The notes below the pieces were generated by a model. That model ran no database searches. It was not told where the DNA came from and saw only the letters and a list, made by a program, of their open reading frames with translations. A stretch of 57,690 nt of DNA, counting the filler, from Sphacelaria rigidula (lineage: Eukaryota): assembly GCA_964200075.2 (NCBI GenBank). It is 6 parts of 6 records of this genome, joined end to end, with 100 filler letters (N's around TTAATTAATTAA, not from the genome) between each part and the next. Parts side by side here need not be neighbours in the genome. Positions count along the whole stretch, not along the records: positions 19,267 to 28,798 come from CAXNAA020008281.1; positions 28,899 to 38,429 come from CAXNAA020008282.1; 4 more parts are not named here. One strand, 5' to 3'. The first letter of the stretch is position 1; the number at the start of each line of letters is the position of its first letter. Below are positions 23,459 to 35,969 of this stretch, piece after piece. A program made the translations under genes and the position numbers.

Positions 23459-24044
23459 AACATGGCACTGTCCTCGACCCCATGCGCTATTCTACTGGGA
23501 GTGTTGTTTCCCGAGCGGAAATGAGGGCTGTTGTTCGGGGAGAGTATCTATCTCTCAAGAGATCCGGTGAAGAGAGTGTTGTTCGCGCCTTGTTATTTGC
23601 GACTGGCCGCGGTACTGGCCGGGGGGAAGCGCGGCGCTGGCAACGGTCAGGGGGGGCGGGCGAGGCAAACACCACGGACAGGTGAGCGAGAACAACAGCA
23701 GCGTGTTGACATCAGCATGTGTTTTCGACGACGGCCACTAAAGCAGGGGGATACGATCTGTCTTCTTGGCCGTCATCGAAACAGATGTCGATGTTGACAA
23801 GTTGCTGTTGTTCTCGCTGGCGTGTCGTGATGGTTGCCTGGCCCCCTTATCGTTGCCATCGTCATGCCCCCCCCCCCCCCCCGGCCAGTACCGCGGACAG
23901 TCGCAGCGAACAAGGCGCGGCCAATACTCTCCTTAGCTGACGTTTTGGGGACAGATACTTTGCCCCGAATAGAAGCCGTCGTCTCCGCTCGCGAAATAAC
24001 GTTCCCAGCAGAATAGCGCACGGGATCGATGACAGTGTCACGTT
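23459..24044. mobile_element. ~585-bp foldback in a NOG2 intron
   Basis: Arms pair almost to the centre (gcgctattct/agaatagcgc, ccgcggtactggccgg/ccggccagtaccgcgg); mirror ORFs MRYSTG and MRYSAG on opposite strands. Confidence 0.8.
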
Positions 24045-24669
24045 CTGCAGGCAGGAAGGACCGTCGTTATGTTGACAGTGACCACCTTGTCAGGTACTCC
24101 ACACCCTTTTGTATACATTTCCACGGCAACAGTCTCGATCAAGAGGAACGTGAGTTCAGGGTGAGTCCCCGCTTCGAGCTGTATGCCACTGGCCTTGTCT
24201 CGAGCAACGCCACACCAGCACCTGCAGAAACTGGGAAGTACGAATTCTCCGGCTGTGACCAGGCGAGCGAAGGCGATCCACGACATCTAACGATCTGCAT
24301 GCTGACGTCGTCTTTCATCGTCCCCAACAAAAACTTGTGTACGATCTCGGCCGCTATAACTTCTATGGGCGTCATGCCCAAGCACCGCTCGCCTCGCAGA
24401 TGACGTGAAAGAGCAGTTCTGCATGTGTAAAATCTGTAGTCAGCGCCTCATCCAGACCAATGAGCTAAACATGCGGCTCTCCGCCATATAACCCTGTTAC
24501 TCGACTTTCTCGAAAAGTGCATCAGTTTGAGATCAAACTCTGCCAGAAATATGAGCACCTGAGATTGGATGAAACCGCTGGTGTCATCATCTTGCCCCTC
24601 CGCCTGTGCATCATTGTCATCTTGTGGGGCTGTTCCTTATGACAAACATAAAGGAAGTCACGTCAAAAT

Positions 24670-25083
24670 GCCTTTTTGGTTCCTTTTCGTCGTTTTGCGT
24701 CCCAAAAGAGAGCTCAGCGGAGTTTCACATGTTGGAATGACTTGCTGTACTGGTTGAGACGGTTCTCGGACATATTTGCGTTGCCCGCTGACCGCAGTGT
24801 TTATTTTGGCCAAACTTGTTTTTTTTGTCTAAAAACGGTCGAATCTAAAAAACACTGTCATTTCTCACTGGACTTGACTGTCTCTAAACAAAAACGTAAA
24901 TTTGGCCCCCCCCCAAAAAAAAAGTGCGGCTACCAGAAAACGCGAAGACGTCCTGGAACCGCCTCAACGATTAGAGCAAGTCATTCGAACGTGTCAAACT
25001 TCGCCTAGCTCGCTTTGAGGGCGTATAAGGACAAATGATGAAAATACGTTCTTCCAGGACTTTTTTCTTGATGAGGAGCGACC
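24670..25083. mobile_element. Tourist-like MITE family A, diverged copy
   Basis: ggaatgacttgct / agcaagtcattcg arms; ends gaggagcgacc. Confidence 0.6.
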
Positions 25084-26479
25084 TGACGCATCACGGAATA
25101 CACCACCCATACCGGGATGGAAGTCCAAAGCGAGACCATCAACTCTACACACTGACTTGTGTTGCTACACGAGGGTAATCAGCTGGTGCACTTTTATGGG
25201 TGTCTTCCACCCCGTCTCCTGGTCGAACACCGCAAAAAGGTTGTCCGGCAACCGAGTTTAAATTCAAGCCCTTCATTACTTGAACTCGGTGCAGGCCTGC
25301 GCACAGCCATACTAGCTGTTGCTGCAGCTGAGTCGACGCCTCCGCGCTTGCCAGAAGCGGCTTCCTCTCGATCTTGAACAGTTACAGCCCCCCCCGCACG
25401 ACGTCGCTGCTCTGCTAGTATCAGCCCATCCCTCCTCCTCATGCCCTTGCTCATGGATACAATGCTCACTTGTGACGGTTTGACCAACTCGGTCAATTGG
25501 GCCAGGGTGTCCCATCTTCTTCACTTGATGGCCCTCGCAGAAACGATATATGCGTCGAACTGTACGCCAGCGCTTGTCATGCTATGCTCATGAGTCAATC
25601 AATTTAGCGCTGGCTAGCATGATCGATTGGCTCGATGAACTATCTCGTACAGCTGCCGCGTGGCTGTGTACAAGACAAGAAGTGATTCAAGACATGAACG
25701 TACTATGAAACGCACCCACAACGCTTGCACCTTGTCTTCTCCAAAGGGAGATGCAGGGTAGCGTAAGGGGAGTGATGGCATGGGGGATGCGTAGTGCCCC
25801 CCCCCCCCGGCTGCAATGCTCCGTCTCGAAAGGGATGCGTGGTCAATGGTCAAATGACTAAGGCAAGCAACAAATGAGTACGCCCCCCCAGCTGCAACAC
25901 GAAAACTAAATCCTTCAACCGCAAACGGGTGTTGGTAAATATGGAACTGAATTTGATACATGACGCACACCGAGCGAATTCGGGCTTGCCTTCAGCTGAA
26001 AAACTTTTCAAATATCGTGGTCTGACTCTTCAAAGATGCTGACTACCAACGTGGATTACGGTGTATATAAATCCCCAGATTATAACTTTTTGATTCAGCC
26101 TGTCAATTGAGTCTTGTGTTGGGCTGAGTGCCGAAACCATTTGGCGTTGAGACTTGCGGGGACGGGAAGGGTACGTCCGGATTTCGGCACTTGCAGCAGT
26201 CTACTCCTGAGCAAGGTACACAGGCACTCGACACTACACCTGCACGATGGATTGCAAGATGGATACTCGTACGGCGTATGCGGCCTACAGTACTGTGTTC
26301 GTGCTTTGGTGACGTTCCATCCTTCCTGTACTGCCTGGTACAGGAGAAACTGGACTGGCGGACAGGGCAGGCCCCCTGAGACTCTTTCGTAGATACATCA
26401 CAGGCTAATGCGATCGGTTTATTTCAAAACCGAGTCGGGAAAAATAGGGTAGGAAGAAGTAGTAGTGAGGTACATAATC

Positions 26480-27030
26480 AATGTGTGTTTTGACCTTCTG
26501 ATCCCCATGGTATGAGTTGGTACGCGTTGTTCCATCTCGCATCTACGGGTATTAACTCAAGATATCGGGCTATGTGGTCGTCGATTACAGTCAGAGGAAG
26601 TTCGTTCTCTTCAAGCACACTTTTTTTTCTTGAGGTCCCCGGCCGACGTATAGAAGTCACGGGGGGCATCGCAAAAGGAGGTCCTCGCTGTCCTTCCTGC
26701 CTTGACTCGTGTTTTGTGTTCCGAAAGGACGAAATGGATTTTTGCTTGTACTGTGCTTGGGCAAGACTTGACCAGCAAATGAACGGTCGTTTGCTCTTCC
26801 TTCCCTCCCCCCTCGCATGACAACGCTTGGCAAGGGACAGAAAAAAAAAATTCGCTTTTTCGAGTGATGTGCCGTAACCTGGGCCGAGGATGTATTGTTG
26901 TATGGAAGGCGGAGATATTGCTCGACGCTGCCGTTGCGGCCCGAAACTGTACAAATTGTTCCGCTAACACACGCGCGTACGTGGTCTGTGATGCTGTATT
27001 GAAACTGACGCCTAGCGGCTTGGCCTCGCA
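26480..27030 (-). pseudogene. Possible hAT transposase remnant
   Basis: Across frames: SITD ... AFHTTIH ... ELIPVDARWNNAY, resembling the TD / CxxH / TRWNS order. Confidence 0.3.
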
Positions 27031-27326
27031 CGAAATATATTTGAGAAGGGTTTCCCAGGAAAGGACGGACAACAACGATGGACAGATTGCTAGGTAGGGC
27101 AACACTGCACCGCTCAGATGTGGGCAAATGGTCACCCTATGTAAAGGATGTTTGGTCGTCGTCGTCGTACGTTGTGTTTGTGGTATTTCGGTCGTTTATC
27201 CTGCGTGTGTGCACTTCTTCCGCTTCTCACCCCCATTTTGTGCTCAAATTTTGCCCTCATTTTCCTGACAAATCACCCTACAAATTGATGCCGTCAATTC
27301 TTCTTGGGGGGGGTCAGAGTCACTAA

Positions 27327-27796
27327 GACCGACTGTAATAGGAGCCGTTCAAAATTCCTGTTTAAAACTGCATTTTTTTGCCCTTCTCCGTCGTTTTACG
27401 CCTGAGAATAAGGTAGGCGGATACTGACGCCTTGGAATGACTTGCTCTACTCGTGAGACCGTTCCAGGGCAACTTTGCATTTCCCGGTGGCCGCAGTTTT
27501 CAATTTTGGCCGAACACGGATTTTCGAAGAAGAACGTTCAAGCGATCAAAATACTTGAGGAGATTTTGGTCACCTGACCGTTTTCCACTGAAAATTCGTG
27601 TTTGGCCTGATTTTTCCAAAACAAAGTGCGGCCAGCGGGGAATGCAGAGTTGCCCTAGAACGGTCTCAACGAGTAGAGAAAGTCATTCCAAGGCGTCAAC
27701 ATCCGCCTAGCCCTCCTTTCGAGCGTACATCGACGGAGAAGGGCCGAGAAGGCAGTTTTCGACAGGAACTCTGAACGGCTCCCACTAGAGTTGGCC
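27327..27796. mobile_element. Tourist/PIF-Harbinger-like MITE family A, full length
   Basis: ~170-bp inverted arms; G(A)CC...GGCC ends; TAA at 27324-27326 and 27797-27799. Confidence 0.85.
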
Positions 27797-28183
27797 TAAC
27801 TAACTACATCGCTCACTGCCATATATATATATATTTTGCGATTTCGTCAAAAAGTACTTGCGCTTGATTCTCCCGGGGGGGGGAAAAAGTGAGAATACAA
27901 AACGAGAACAAGCACATGGGCACAGACAAGGCGTTTCCGTTTGTTTATTTATTTTGTTTTGTTGATACATGCAGACTTGCAATCAAAAGTACGATGCCTG
28001 GCAAAATTTGCCGACCTGCAAAGAAGCGTCGTGAGTCTCTGGGTGGGAGTGCGATGGGGGACGGGGAAGAGAGGAAACACAGAACTCACGCGTGATGTTT
28101 TGTGTATAGTCTTGTTTCCTTATCCCACTTTTTTTTATTTTTTGCTGATTCAATCATTTGTTTGCACTCTCACACTCACACAG

Positions 28184-28374
28184 GTGGTTTATGATGACGG
28201 AGATGATGAGACGGAGATTGTCCTCAAGGGAGTCGTTCGCGCGGAGAAGCTGCCGGACCCCACGGACTTCGTGCCGGCTATCCTATCCAGGATTAAGGAT
28301 GAGTACCTCAGGCGGCTGTACGGCGTGTCGTCATGGGACGATGCGACAGAGTTCATGACCAAGTTGGCCATGAA
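28184..28374 (+). CDS. NOG2: Nucleolar GTP-binding protein 2, exon
   Basis: cag|...|gtgagt; VVYDDGDDETEIVLKGVVRAEKL...LYGVSSWDDATEFMTKLAM; in phase with DCPG. Confidence 0.93.
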
Positions 28375-28798
28375 GTGAGTCGAGGAATCGGGAGGGGGAA
28401 GGATGACTGTGTTCACTCATTACCTTGCATGCTGTAGTCGTAAGACCATTGACGTCGCATCCTTACAAAGCCGGGACGGATCGCGCCGGGTTCTCGCCGG
28501 ACCAAGTTGCAGTCGATCACCAAGTTCGGAGCGCCGTGATGTGCTCGACCCGAAGCGTACTGATTGTCTTGGATGCGGATGACAGCCTCGAACGAGTTTT
28601 TTTTATTTTCTTGTATCGCCACTTCCAGAGACGGCCACGGGTTACACACTGTCTCATGGGTGTCTCACCATATCAACACTGCGGAGTACGATCATCCCCA
28701 TTGCGCGGAGTTGAGGTTCTCCACCTTCCATAGCATGATCTAATTCGACAAACATCATGGTCATTTCCGGAAAAAAAAAATGCAATCGAACCCCCCCC

Positions 28799-28898
28799 NN
28801 NNNNNNNNNNNNNNNNNNNNNNNNNNNNNNNNNNNNNNNNNNTTAATTAATTAANNNNNNNNNNNNNNNNNNNNNNNNNNNNNNNNNNNNNNNNNNNN
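28799..28898. other. Artificial scaffold spacer
   Basis: Same 100-nt spacer. Confidence 0.97.
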
Positions 28899-29279
28899 CG
28901 GTACTCCAGAAAAACTCAGAAAAAAGGACGACTACGAATTCTGAAAACTTCTGACGCTGACTACTATATACTGAGACTTCTGATGTATGTAACCATGTAA
29001 ATTTCATGTATAGGAGATACGAGAATTATTCTGTCAAGATATGAGGATTAGAGTAAAAAAAGGGGCATCAATTGAAAAAAACGGGTTCAGAAACGAAAAA
29101 ATGTCCGTCCCGGCGAAATTCCGCGGTCTTGTAACCCTGAGGGTTAACTCATTCCAATATTTAAAAACCCATCAAAGCTGGGCGGGCGAAACGAATGGTC
29201 CGATCAGCATACTCCCATGTGTAATATACATGCGTTTTGTACGTACATATGCGTATGCGTGACGCATATGCACACATAT

Positions 29280-29298
29280 ACATGCATACATACATACA

Positions 29299-29330
<32 letters not shown>
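29280..29330. repeat. (TACA)n microsatellite
   Basis: catacatacataca run. Confidence 0.9.
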
Positions 29331-29677
29331 AGCATGCACACATCTATACACACACATGCATACCACAATCATGACGTCTACGTATCACCTCGTGACGGCG
29401 CCTTGCCCCCTATTCGGTCACAAGAGGAGGGGTCGAAAGTGCAAGTGAAAAAGAAAAAAAAGGTCAGTACCCGATCTGTAACGGCAATAAAACATCTGCC
29501 GGTTCGCTTAAGATTCGTGACTCACGACACATTGAAAAGAGGAGATAGTCGAAGATATCAGGTTTGTTAAGTTTCCTGCCGCAATGTATGTTTCCCTCCC
29601 CCGGGGGCCACAAAACAAAACAAAAAAATGGGGGGGGGGGGGCTATACGGAAATTATCCAAGAAAAAAATATCTCAC

Positions 29678-29769
29678 GTTGTTAACAGTGTTGACGACGG
29701 CGTATGTGGTGGCAGACGTCGCGCTCACGCACCACAGAGCGGCGAAGTTCAAGAAGAAGCCCGCCGCAC
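29678..29769 (-). CDS. GDP-sugar transporter (GONST/Vrg4-like), visible exon 6
   Basis: cag|...|gtgaga; GAAGFFLNFAALWCVSATSATTYAVVNTVNN. Confidence 0.9.
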
Positions 29770-30369
29770 CTGGTGAATGACGAAGGCACCGGTCAAAGAG
29801 TGGGGGGAATGTTGCGGTAAACATGGGTAGACGAGATGAAACAACATCACCATCACCATCACCATCACCATCACCGGCAGCAGCAGCAACGTCCAACGTG
29901 AACGACACCCGGACAGTAAAACAAACAGATGGGTCAGCGGTAGGTTGCCGCAACAATCACTATCCAATATTTGGATATTTTTCATATCAACACCACTACT
30001 GCTGCACCGCGTCGACTGTCGTCGGATTCTTCTTCACTACGCACATCCTCTCACATTACGCACGTCCTGCTCACATTCTAAGCAAAACGGAAAATTGGAT
30101 TCATCTGCTCGAAAAATCCGTGATCTGTCCGGATTCGACTGGCGTACACATACATCAAGTACATCGTCACGAAAAAGTGATTGAACATCCACACCACCAT
30201 CACATAAAAAGTAAAACCTAGCGCCAACATAGTAACTCCAACCGATCGACCACCTTAACAACGCCTCCCAACGAATACAGAAAAGAAGAAACATGGTCCG
30301 GCACACAACTAATCCACCGTGTTCAATCATGTTGCACAAGTTGCTTCAGAATATCAACACAACGCTCAC

Positions 30370-30504
30370 CAGCAAAGAGGTTCAAAAACAGGTAAACGGG
30401 CGTCTGCAGGTCTGCCCTGTCCAGGAACCCGATCTTGTCACCCCCCGATGAAAACGTCCACACTTCGCCGGACATGATCGCCACCGGGAGCAACATGAGG
30501 GTGC
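30370..30504 (-). CDS. GDP-sugar transporter, visible exon 5
   Basis: cag|...|gtgagc; GTLMLLPVAIMSGEVWTFSSGGDKIGFLDRADLQTPVYLFLNLFAG; phases fit both neighbours. Confidence 0.85.
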
Positions 30505-30828
30505 CTGGGACCGAGAAACAAGCACACCGAGATACGTGTTCACGTTGTGAGCGCGGTAAGATTGATCATACGATTCATCAGCGAATCAATCCGAATGATC
30601 GAAAGTCAATGATTCATTGAATGAACACCTCAAATTGATGGACACAATTTTCACGACTGCCCATGTCCATTGCTGTACTCCCTTTCGGTGCATGCATCGT
30701 GTGCTAACAACGCCTGGATTCGCGGCAGGATAATTGAGAAAATCAAGCAGTCGATTGATCAGTAAAACTGTCCGCGCACAAGGATACGTAACTGTCCATT
30801 TTCTACTTTTATACATAAACACCCCGCC

Positions 30829-31193
30829 GGTCGCCCCCGTGGCTCACTTGGTAGCCTCGAAACCTTTGAACGGTTGGATCGTGGGTTCGAATCTCGGTGC
30901 AGTCACACGATCTAGGTTTTCTTTTTCACACCACGCCCAACAGTGAAGAGTGGCAATGTCGTGGGTACACAAAAATTTGACTTCACGATCGTCGAGAGAA
31001 AGGGACCGCTGAGCCTCTCTCGCGATAAAAAAGAAGGTAAGCACCGCAGACAGAAGGTCGAGTAATATAACAGAACAAAAAGGGAAAACTCCTGTGTTGG
31101 CCTTACTCCTGTGTGACCCCGGCTGATGCGCCCACATATACCGAAAGGTGTGGACTAGCGTCCAGAATAGATGGGATGACAATACCAACACAT
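30829..31193 (+). mobile_element. tRNA-derived SINE, copy 2 (intronic)
   Basis: tggctcacttggta ... ggttcgaatct; conserved body. Confidence 0.85.
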
Positions 31194-31420
31194 ATTCAGC
31201 ACTTGCTAGAGAACTCTCGGTCCCGGACCCCGATGTACTGGCACAAATGCCTCCCAAGAGGCAAATTCCTGTTCCGAATATTTTCCTCCTATTTCCAGGA
31301 AAGACAGAGGTTCGAAACAGAAGCTCACTTAGTCTGAAGAAGAACCGCACCCGCGTACGACACACTGGGAGCCCACTAATAGCTACATACGAAAAGTAAA
31401 AGCAGTTGACAGAAAACATT

Positions 31421-31627
31421 CACGGGCGTGTCGCGTAGGGTATACCCCATATTTTGGTATTTTGAAAAGTAGCATATTACCTGTCTAAGTCAAGTCACTA
31501 TGACGCGAAATGAGCTTTAGAGGGAGAAACAACAGCACTGGGCTGGCTGCTGCTGTGGGCATGGGCCACATCTGCACTGTTCAAAATACCACAATAACGG
31601 GTATATAGCCTACCCGACAAGCCCTCG
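31421..31627. mobile_element. hAT MITE, diverged relative of family H
   Basis: ~55-bp imperfect TIRs cacgggcgtgtcg.../...cgacaagccctcg; flanks aaaacatt / aaaatatc (6/8 match). Confidence 0.6.
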
Positions 31628-32099
31628 AAAATATCTTCAGGTATTCAATTTTGCAATATTTTTCTGCATAACAATTGCAGCCAACCAATCACCTCGAGGT
31701 ACTGTACGCGAGTACAAGACTTCGATTCCAATCGAAATATATCGACAAGCCACTTTATTTTCCGTGTGACTCGACAAATCACCGCCAGAGGTCGGTTTTT
31801 GGGGGCCCCGAAAAATCAAAAACGTGACCGAAGTTGCACAAATATCACGGGCCACAACACCGCAAAAACTGCGCTGGTATAACCCCTGTGGCTGCGTGTC
31901 GTAGTCTTTGCTGGAAAAAACGTCGTGCAGACCACCATGGGGGCGACCTTCGTATACCTGCATACGTGCTCACATGCACACACATGCGCATACATGCATA
32001 CATACATACATACGTACGTATAAGGATATGTGCGTACATTCATACGTACATACGTACTCGCCCGTACGTATAAAAAACCACGTTGAAAACTAAACGCAC

Positions 32100-32227
32100 C
32101 CAAGAGGTTGTTGTAAAAGACCATCCCGAACTTGGGCAGCTTCATGGTCTTGGTCGCAAACTTCATCGTGAGCACATAACTGGCCGTGGCGAAGCAGTTC
32201 GCCGACATCCAGAAGTAACCCCAGAAC
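32100..32227 (-). CDS. GDP-sugar transporter, visible exon 4
   Basis: cag|...|gtgcgt; FWGYFWMSANCFATASYVLTMKFATKTMKLPKFGMVFYNNLL (FYNN motif). Confidence 0.92.
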
Positions 32228-32321
32228 CTGCGCGAAAGACACATGCAGCCGTATCCATTCCGTATTTCTAGATTTTCGCGTTCATTTTACACTGAATCGT
32301 TGGTCCCTTTCATCCGCGTCA

Positions 32322-32499
32322 ATCTCGCGATAGCAAACAAGGCAAGCACCGCGGGAGGAAGATGGAGTACTGAAACAAAATAACAAAATAAACAAACTGA
32401 TGAAAAGATCTCGTGTCGACCTTCCTCCTGTTTGACCACGGCTGATACGCCCACGTATACCGGAAAGTGTAGACTGGCGTCCAGAATAGATCTGATGAC

Positions 32500-32546
<47 letters not shown>
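32322..32546 (+). mobile_element. SINE, 5'-truncated copy
   Basis: tctcgcgata...gactggcgtccagaataga plus a long (CA)n. Confidence 0.75.
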
Positions 32547-32547
<1 letters not shown>

Positions 32548-33630
32548 GTACTGCATGCATACAAAGGGGACCCTGCGCAAAGTATCTGCGATGCGCGGTC
32601 ATGAGCCACGTCGTCCCGGCGATGTACCTGGTGCGCTAAAGTCCATTTCGCGTGAACTTTTCGAGTTTGAATCCCGGAATACGCGACCACTTTCCATGAA
32701 AGGTGGGCTCCTCGAGGAGCAGCGGGGGGTGTGGTGGGGAGTCAAAGTATTACGTCGTCGTCGATTGCACGAAATAATTTATCAGAATACTTCGTCGATA
32801 CGTCAAAAACACGGTGGTCACAGTCTGGGCGAGCTCTTCTCCATCGCCCGAGGGTCCGCGATCTGCCTGCCCTTGGACAAGAAAATTCATGTTTGGCGAA
32901 AATCTCGATGACACGGGTAGGAGAGCAGAACTGAACATGGAACACCTGTGGTCCAACTCCATTTTCTGTGGGAATCATATGCCGCGAAATGCTTGGAATC
33001 ATTTACTTCCGCAGAAGCAGCTTTCCCAACACGTCGTCGACTCTCAGACGTTGGCAACACCATCTACTCATGGACGGCATTGCGTGTCCCACGTATAATA
33101 CACCGATGGCAGGTAACATGGCTCCTATCGCTACGTCGGGCATGTGGCCTATTACAACACACCACACGCGGAAATGGGATACCGGCTGACTTTCGTTCAA
33201 GCGAGTAGAATAACACAGAAGCATGGGAAAATAATTGATGATAATATGCAATGTAATCATTAATTGATTCATCAATTAATTAATGTTTGTCGGGACTTGG
33301 TTGGGAGTGGTTGGCGTTGGATGATCATTTTTTGGACAAGTTGGTTGGGGGTGGTTGGGGTTGGATGATAATGTTTGGACTGCATCTTCATTTCTTGGAA
33401 AAAGGGAATAAAATATATAAAGAGAACGCATGTCGTTTTTGTACTGCTGTGTGAGCCACATAGCGGATCACTCATCGTGCGAAAATCAGTCAATCAATCG
33501 ATCAGTCAATCCATCGGTCATGCTTCAATCGATGGATAGGCCAAAATAATCTCCGAGTAATTTTCATTCTACAAAATGTCCAAATCTTTCTTGTATCAAA
33601 TCTCCACTCGGTATGCCCCCCCCCTCTCAC

Positions 33631-33779
33631 TTGAACTCGAGATCGTTCCAGGATGCGAGAACCGCCCCGCCCGTCATCACCAAGAGGGCGGTCAACACCA
33701 GATTCGACGCCTTCGCGTCATGCCACATGTAGTCCCCCGCCAGGATGATCAAGTTTGTCAAGCTCTTGAACACCGTGAC
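33631..33779 (-). CDS. GDP-sugar transporter, visible exon 3
   Basis: cag|...|gtgaga; VTVFKSLTNLIILAGDYMW...GGAVLASWNDLEF. Confidence 0.92.
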
Positions 33780-34409
33780 CTGCACCAACAAATGGATATA
33801 CGCGAACAAAAACCGAAAAAGAAGAAAACTAAACCCAAACACACACACAGCCCAAAAAGACACACACTTGTTCTTCTTGCTCTTCAATTTGTTGTGGCTG
33901 GTTTTGATTGTACGTGCTTGTATCTGATCTGCTGGTCGTGGATGATGCACGAATAACGATCATGCTAGGCATATGCGCGCCAACGACCCATCTAGTGTGA
34001 AACGAAGTTTGTCTTTCGAAAAAAATAAATCCAAAATCGACGACCGCTTTACATTCAGACGTCTTGCTTATTTCATGGTATTATTCACGTATCCATCTCA
34101 GACCCACAAAGTAGCTGTATCAACGACAGATTTCCACAAAAAGATCCATCATGATGAATAATCCAGATACCGAAGGGATGGAAAGGCAACTTCCACACAA
34201 CAGACGCGGGAGAAAAAACAAGAAAAAAAGACATACACATACTCGGTATTCATTTGGCTACAGTGTGGTCAGTCACTCCAAATTCCGAGACAAGAGCGAA
34301 AACTACTTGACTCGAGACTACAGAAGACAAAAAAAAACTTGATTTTAGTGTAATGGCACACAAACCATTCGAGTTTAGTGTGAAAATGAGAAACAAAAAA
34401 AACTCTCAC

Positions 34410-34574
34410 CATGGGAACTTGCATGTACTGGTAGGACTTGAAAGAAGATACGAGCATGAGACAGAAAAAGAACGCGATGGGCGACCACGTCTTCGCAGTA
34501 GCCATCTTGAACGGCTCGTAAGTCACCCAACCGCATCGCCTGGCGAACTCCACTAGAGTAGCTGCCGTGAAGCA
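34410..34574 (-). CDS. GDP-sugar transporter, visible exon 2
   Basis: tag|...|gtgaga, 55 codons: CFTAATLVEFARRCGWVTYEPF...SFKSYQYMQVPM. Confidence 0.88.
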
Positions 34575-34810
34575 CTAAGGGATGGAAAAAAAACGTACAC
34601 AAAAACATAGGGGAGCGCAGATTTGACTCAAGCTGGGGAAAAAAAAAAAAACGAGAGCAAATGAAACTACAATGGATAGATCGCATGAGGAATAAAGGAG
34701 AAGAGGAGTGAAAAGCGATGTACTCCACGTCATTTAGGCAGAAGAGAGATGATTTCAAGACACGAAAAAGCGTAAGGGGGATGATGCTGGTCGACTCCTT
34801 CGCCTCTTAC

Positions 34811-34864
34811 CTGGAAGGCCATAGGAAGGGTGTCTAGGTGAGCATCGAACGTGTACGCCAGTTT
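34811..34864 (-). CDS. GDP-sugar transporter, visible exon 1 (true first exon not found)
   Basis: tag|KLAYTFDAHLDTLPMAFQ|gtaag; phase 0 fits the next exon. Confidence 0.65.
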
Positions 34865-35125
34865 CTATCAGCGTCGTCATCGTCGTTGTTGTTGGCGCAG
34901 TTTCGAAGCGCCGACAGCCCGCCGTTCGTTGATTTGGTTAGTTTTGTATTGCGATGGTCCGGAAAAACGAAACGAAGCGTAACGTGACGTGACGTAACGG
35001 AAAGAAGATAAGGAAAAAAACAGAAACGTAGGGGAGCGGGTATAGGCGGTCGGTGAGGTAGCGCAGGGCAAGCAACACAGCAGCACACTGGAGCGAACAA
35101 CCAGCAAGCCACACGAGACAGGTTT

Positions 35126-35302
35126 TTGATTGATTGATTTATTGTCGCACTTCAACTGACCTCCCAGGGGTCCAGCCGTGGTGTCATGATAGACGTACTC
35201 AAGAAAAACGGAATTCAAGCACGCTCTAAGGAAAAAAAAAAAAAGGAACAGGAAAAAAAGAAAAGAAAAGAAAAGAAAGAGGGATCGAACAGAACGACAT
35301 GC
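35126..35302 (-). mobile_element. LINE-type 3' tail, family T
   Basis: Minus strand reads gtacgtctatcatgacaccacggctggacccctgggaggtcagttgaagtgcgacaataaatcaatcaatcaa. Confidence 0.65.
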
Positions 35303-35969
35303 AGAATAAGTCGTGACAAACAAAAGTAATCAAACTTCAACACAAGCAAAGCGCAGAAAGATTACTCCTGATGAAAAAAGAGGAAGAAGAACGACGGTAT
35401 ATGTCACACAGACAAAAGTTTCAATAGTTTCAATAGACCTAAAATGTACGCAGGACATCTTCTATTGCAATTTTTGTCCAAAAAAATACGATCCACGGTG
35501 TGAAACTCATGGAAATAATGAAAATAAAATAAAAAACGGTCCCGTTATAATGAGCAAACCCATGCGGGCACATCAACAGATACGTATGAATTCAGGGATT
35601 GGATAAAAACAAATACACCGACAGAAGAGGGAATAACCGACTTTCCTCATGAACAACGCCCCTGCACAATCATCACATTTTTGCGACGAGGGTACTCTCG
35701 TAGGCGTGGCCTTCACAGTTCACGAGGAAAAAAAAAAGCAAAGTCGGGGTGATTCGTTCGGCCGCAGAGTTTCTCGGTTGCACACTGGTACTGCAGCACG
35801 CTCAAGTTAGTGTTCGTGTATTTCAAGGGTGAATTCAGAGGGAAGTCAGTTGTTATATTGATCATCTGCTCGAGTAGAGGCCGGACTCGCGTCTTGAGCT
35901 TGGGTGTTGTCAACAGCGTGGAAGGAATGTTCAGTCGATAATTTACAGGGTAGCTCAATGACACGCACC

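Noticed and set aside
28184..29769. Convergent NOG2 and transporter gene pair
   Set aside because: Separated by an artificial spacer, and both lack their 3' exons.
31120..31170. Hammerhead ribozyme or group II intron domain V in the SINE tail
   Set aside because: The CUGAUGA core and domain V geometry are not conserved across copies.
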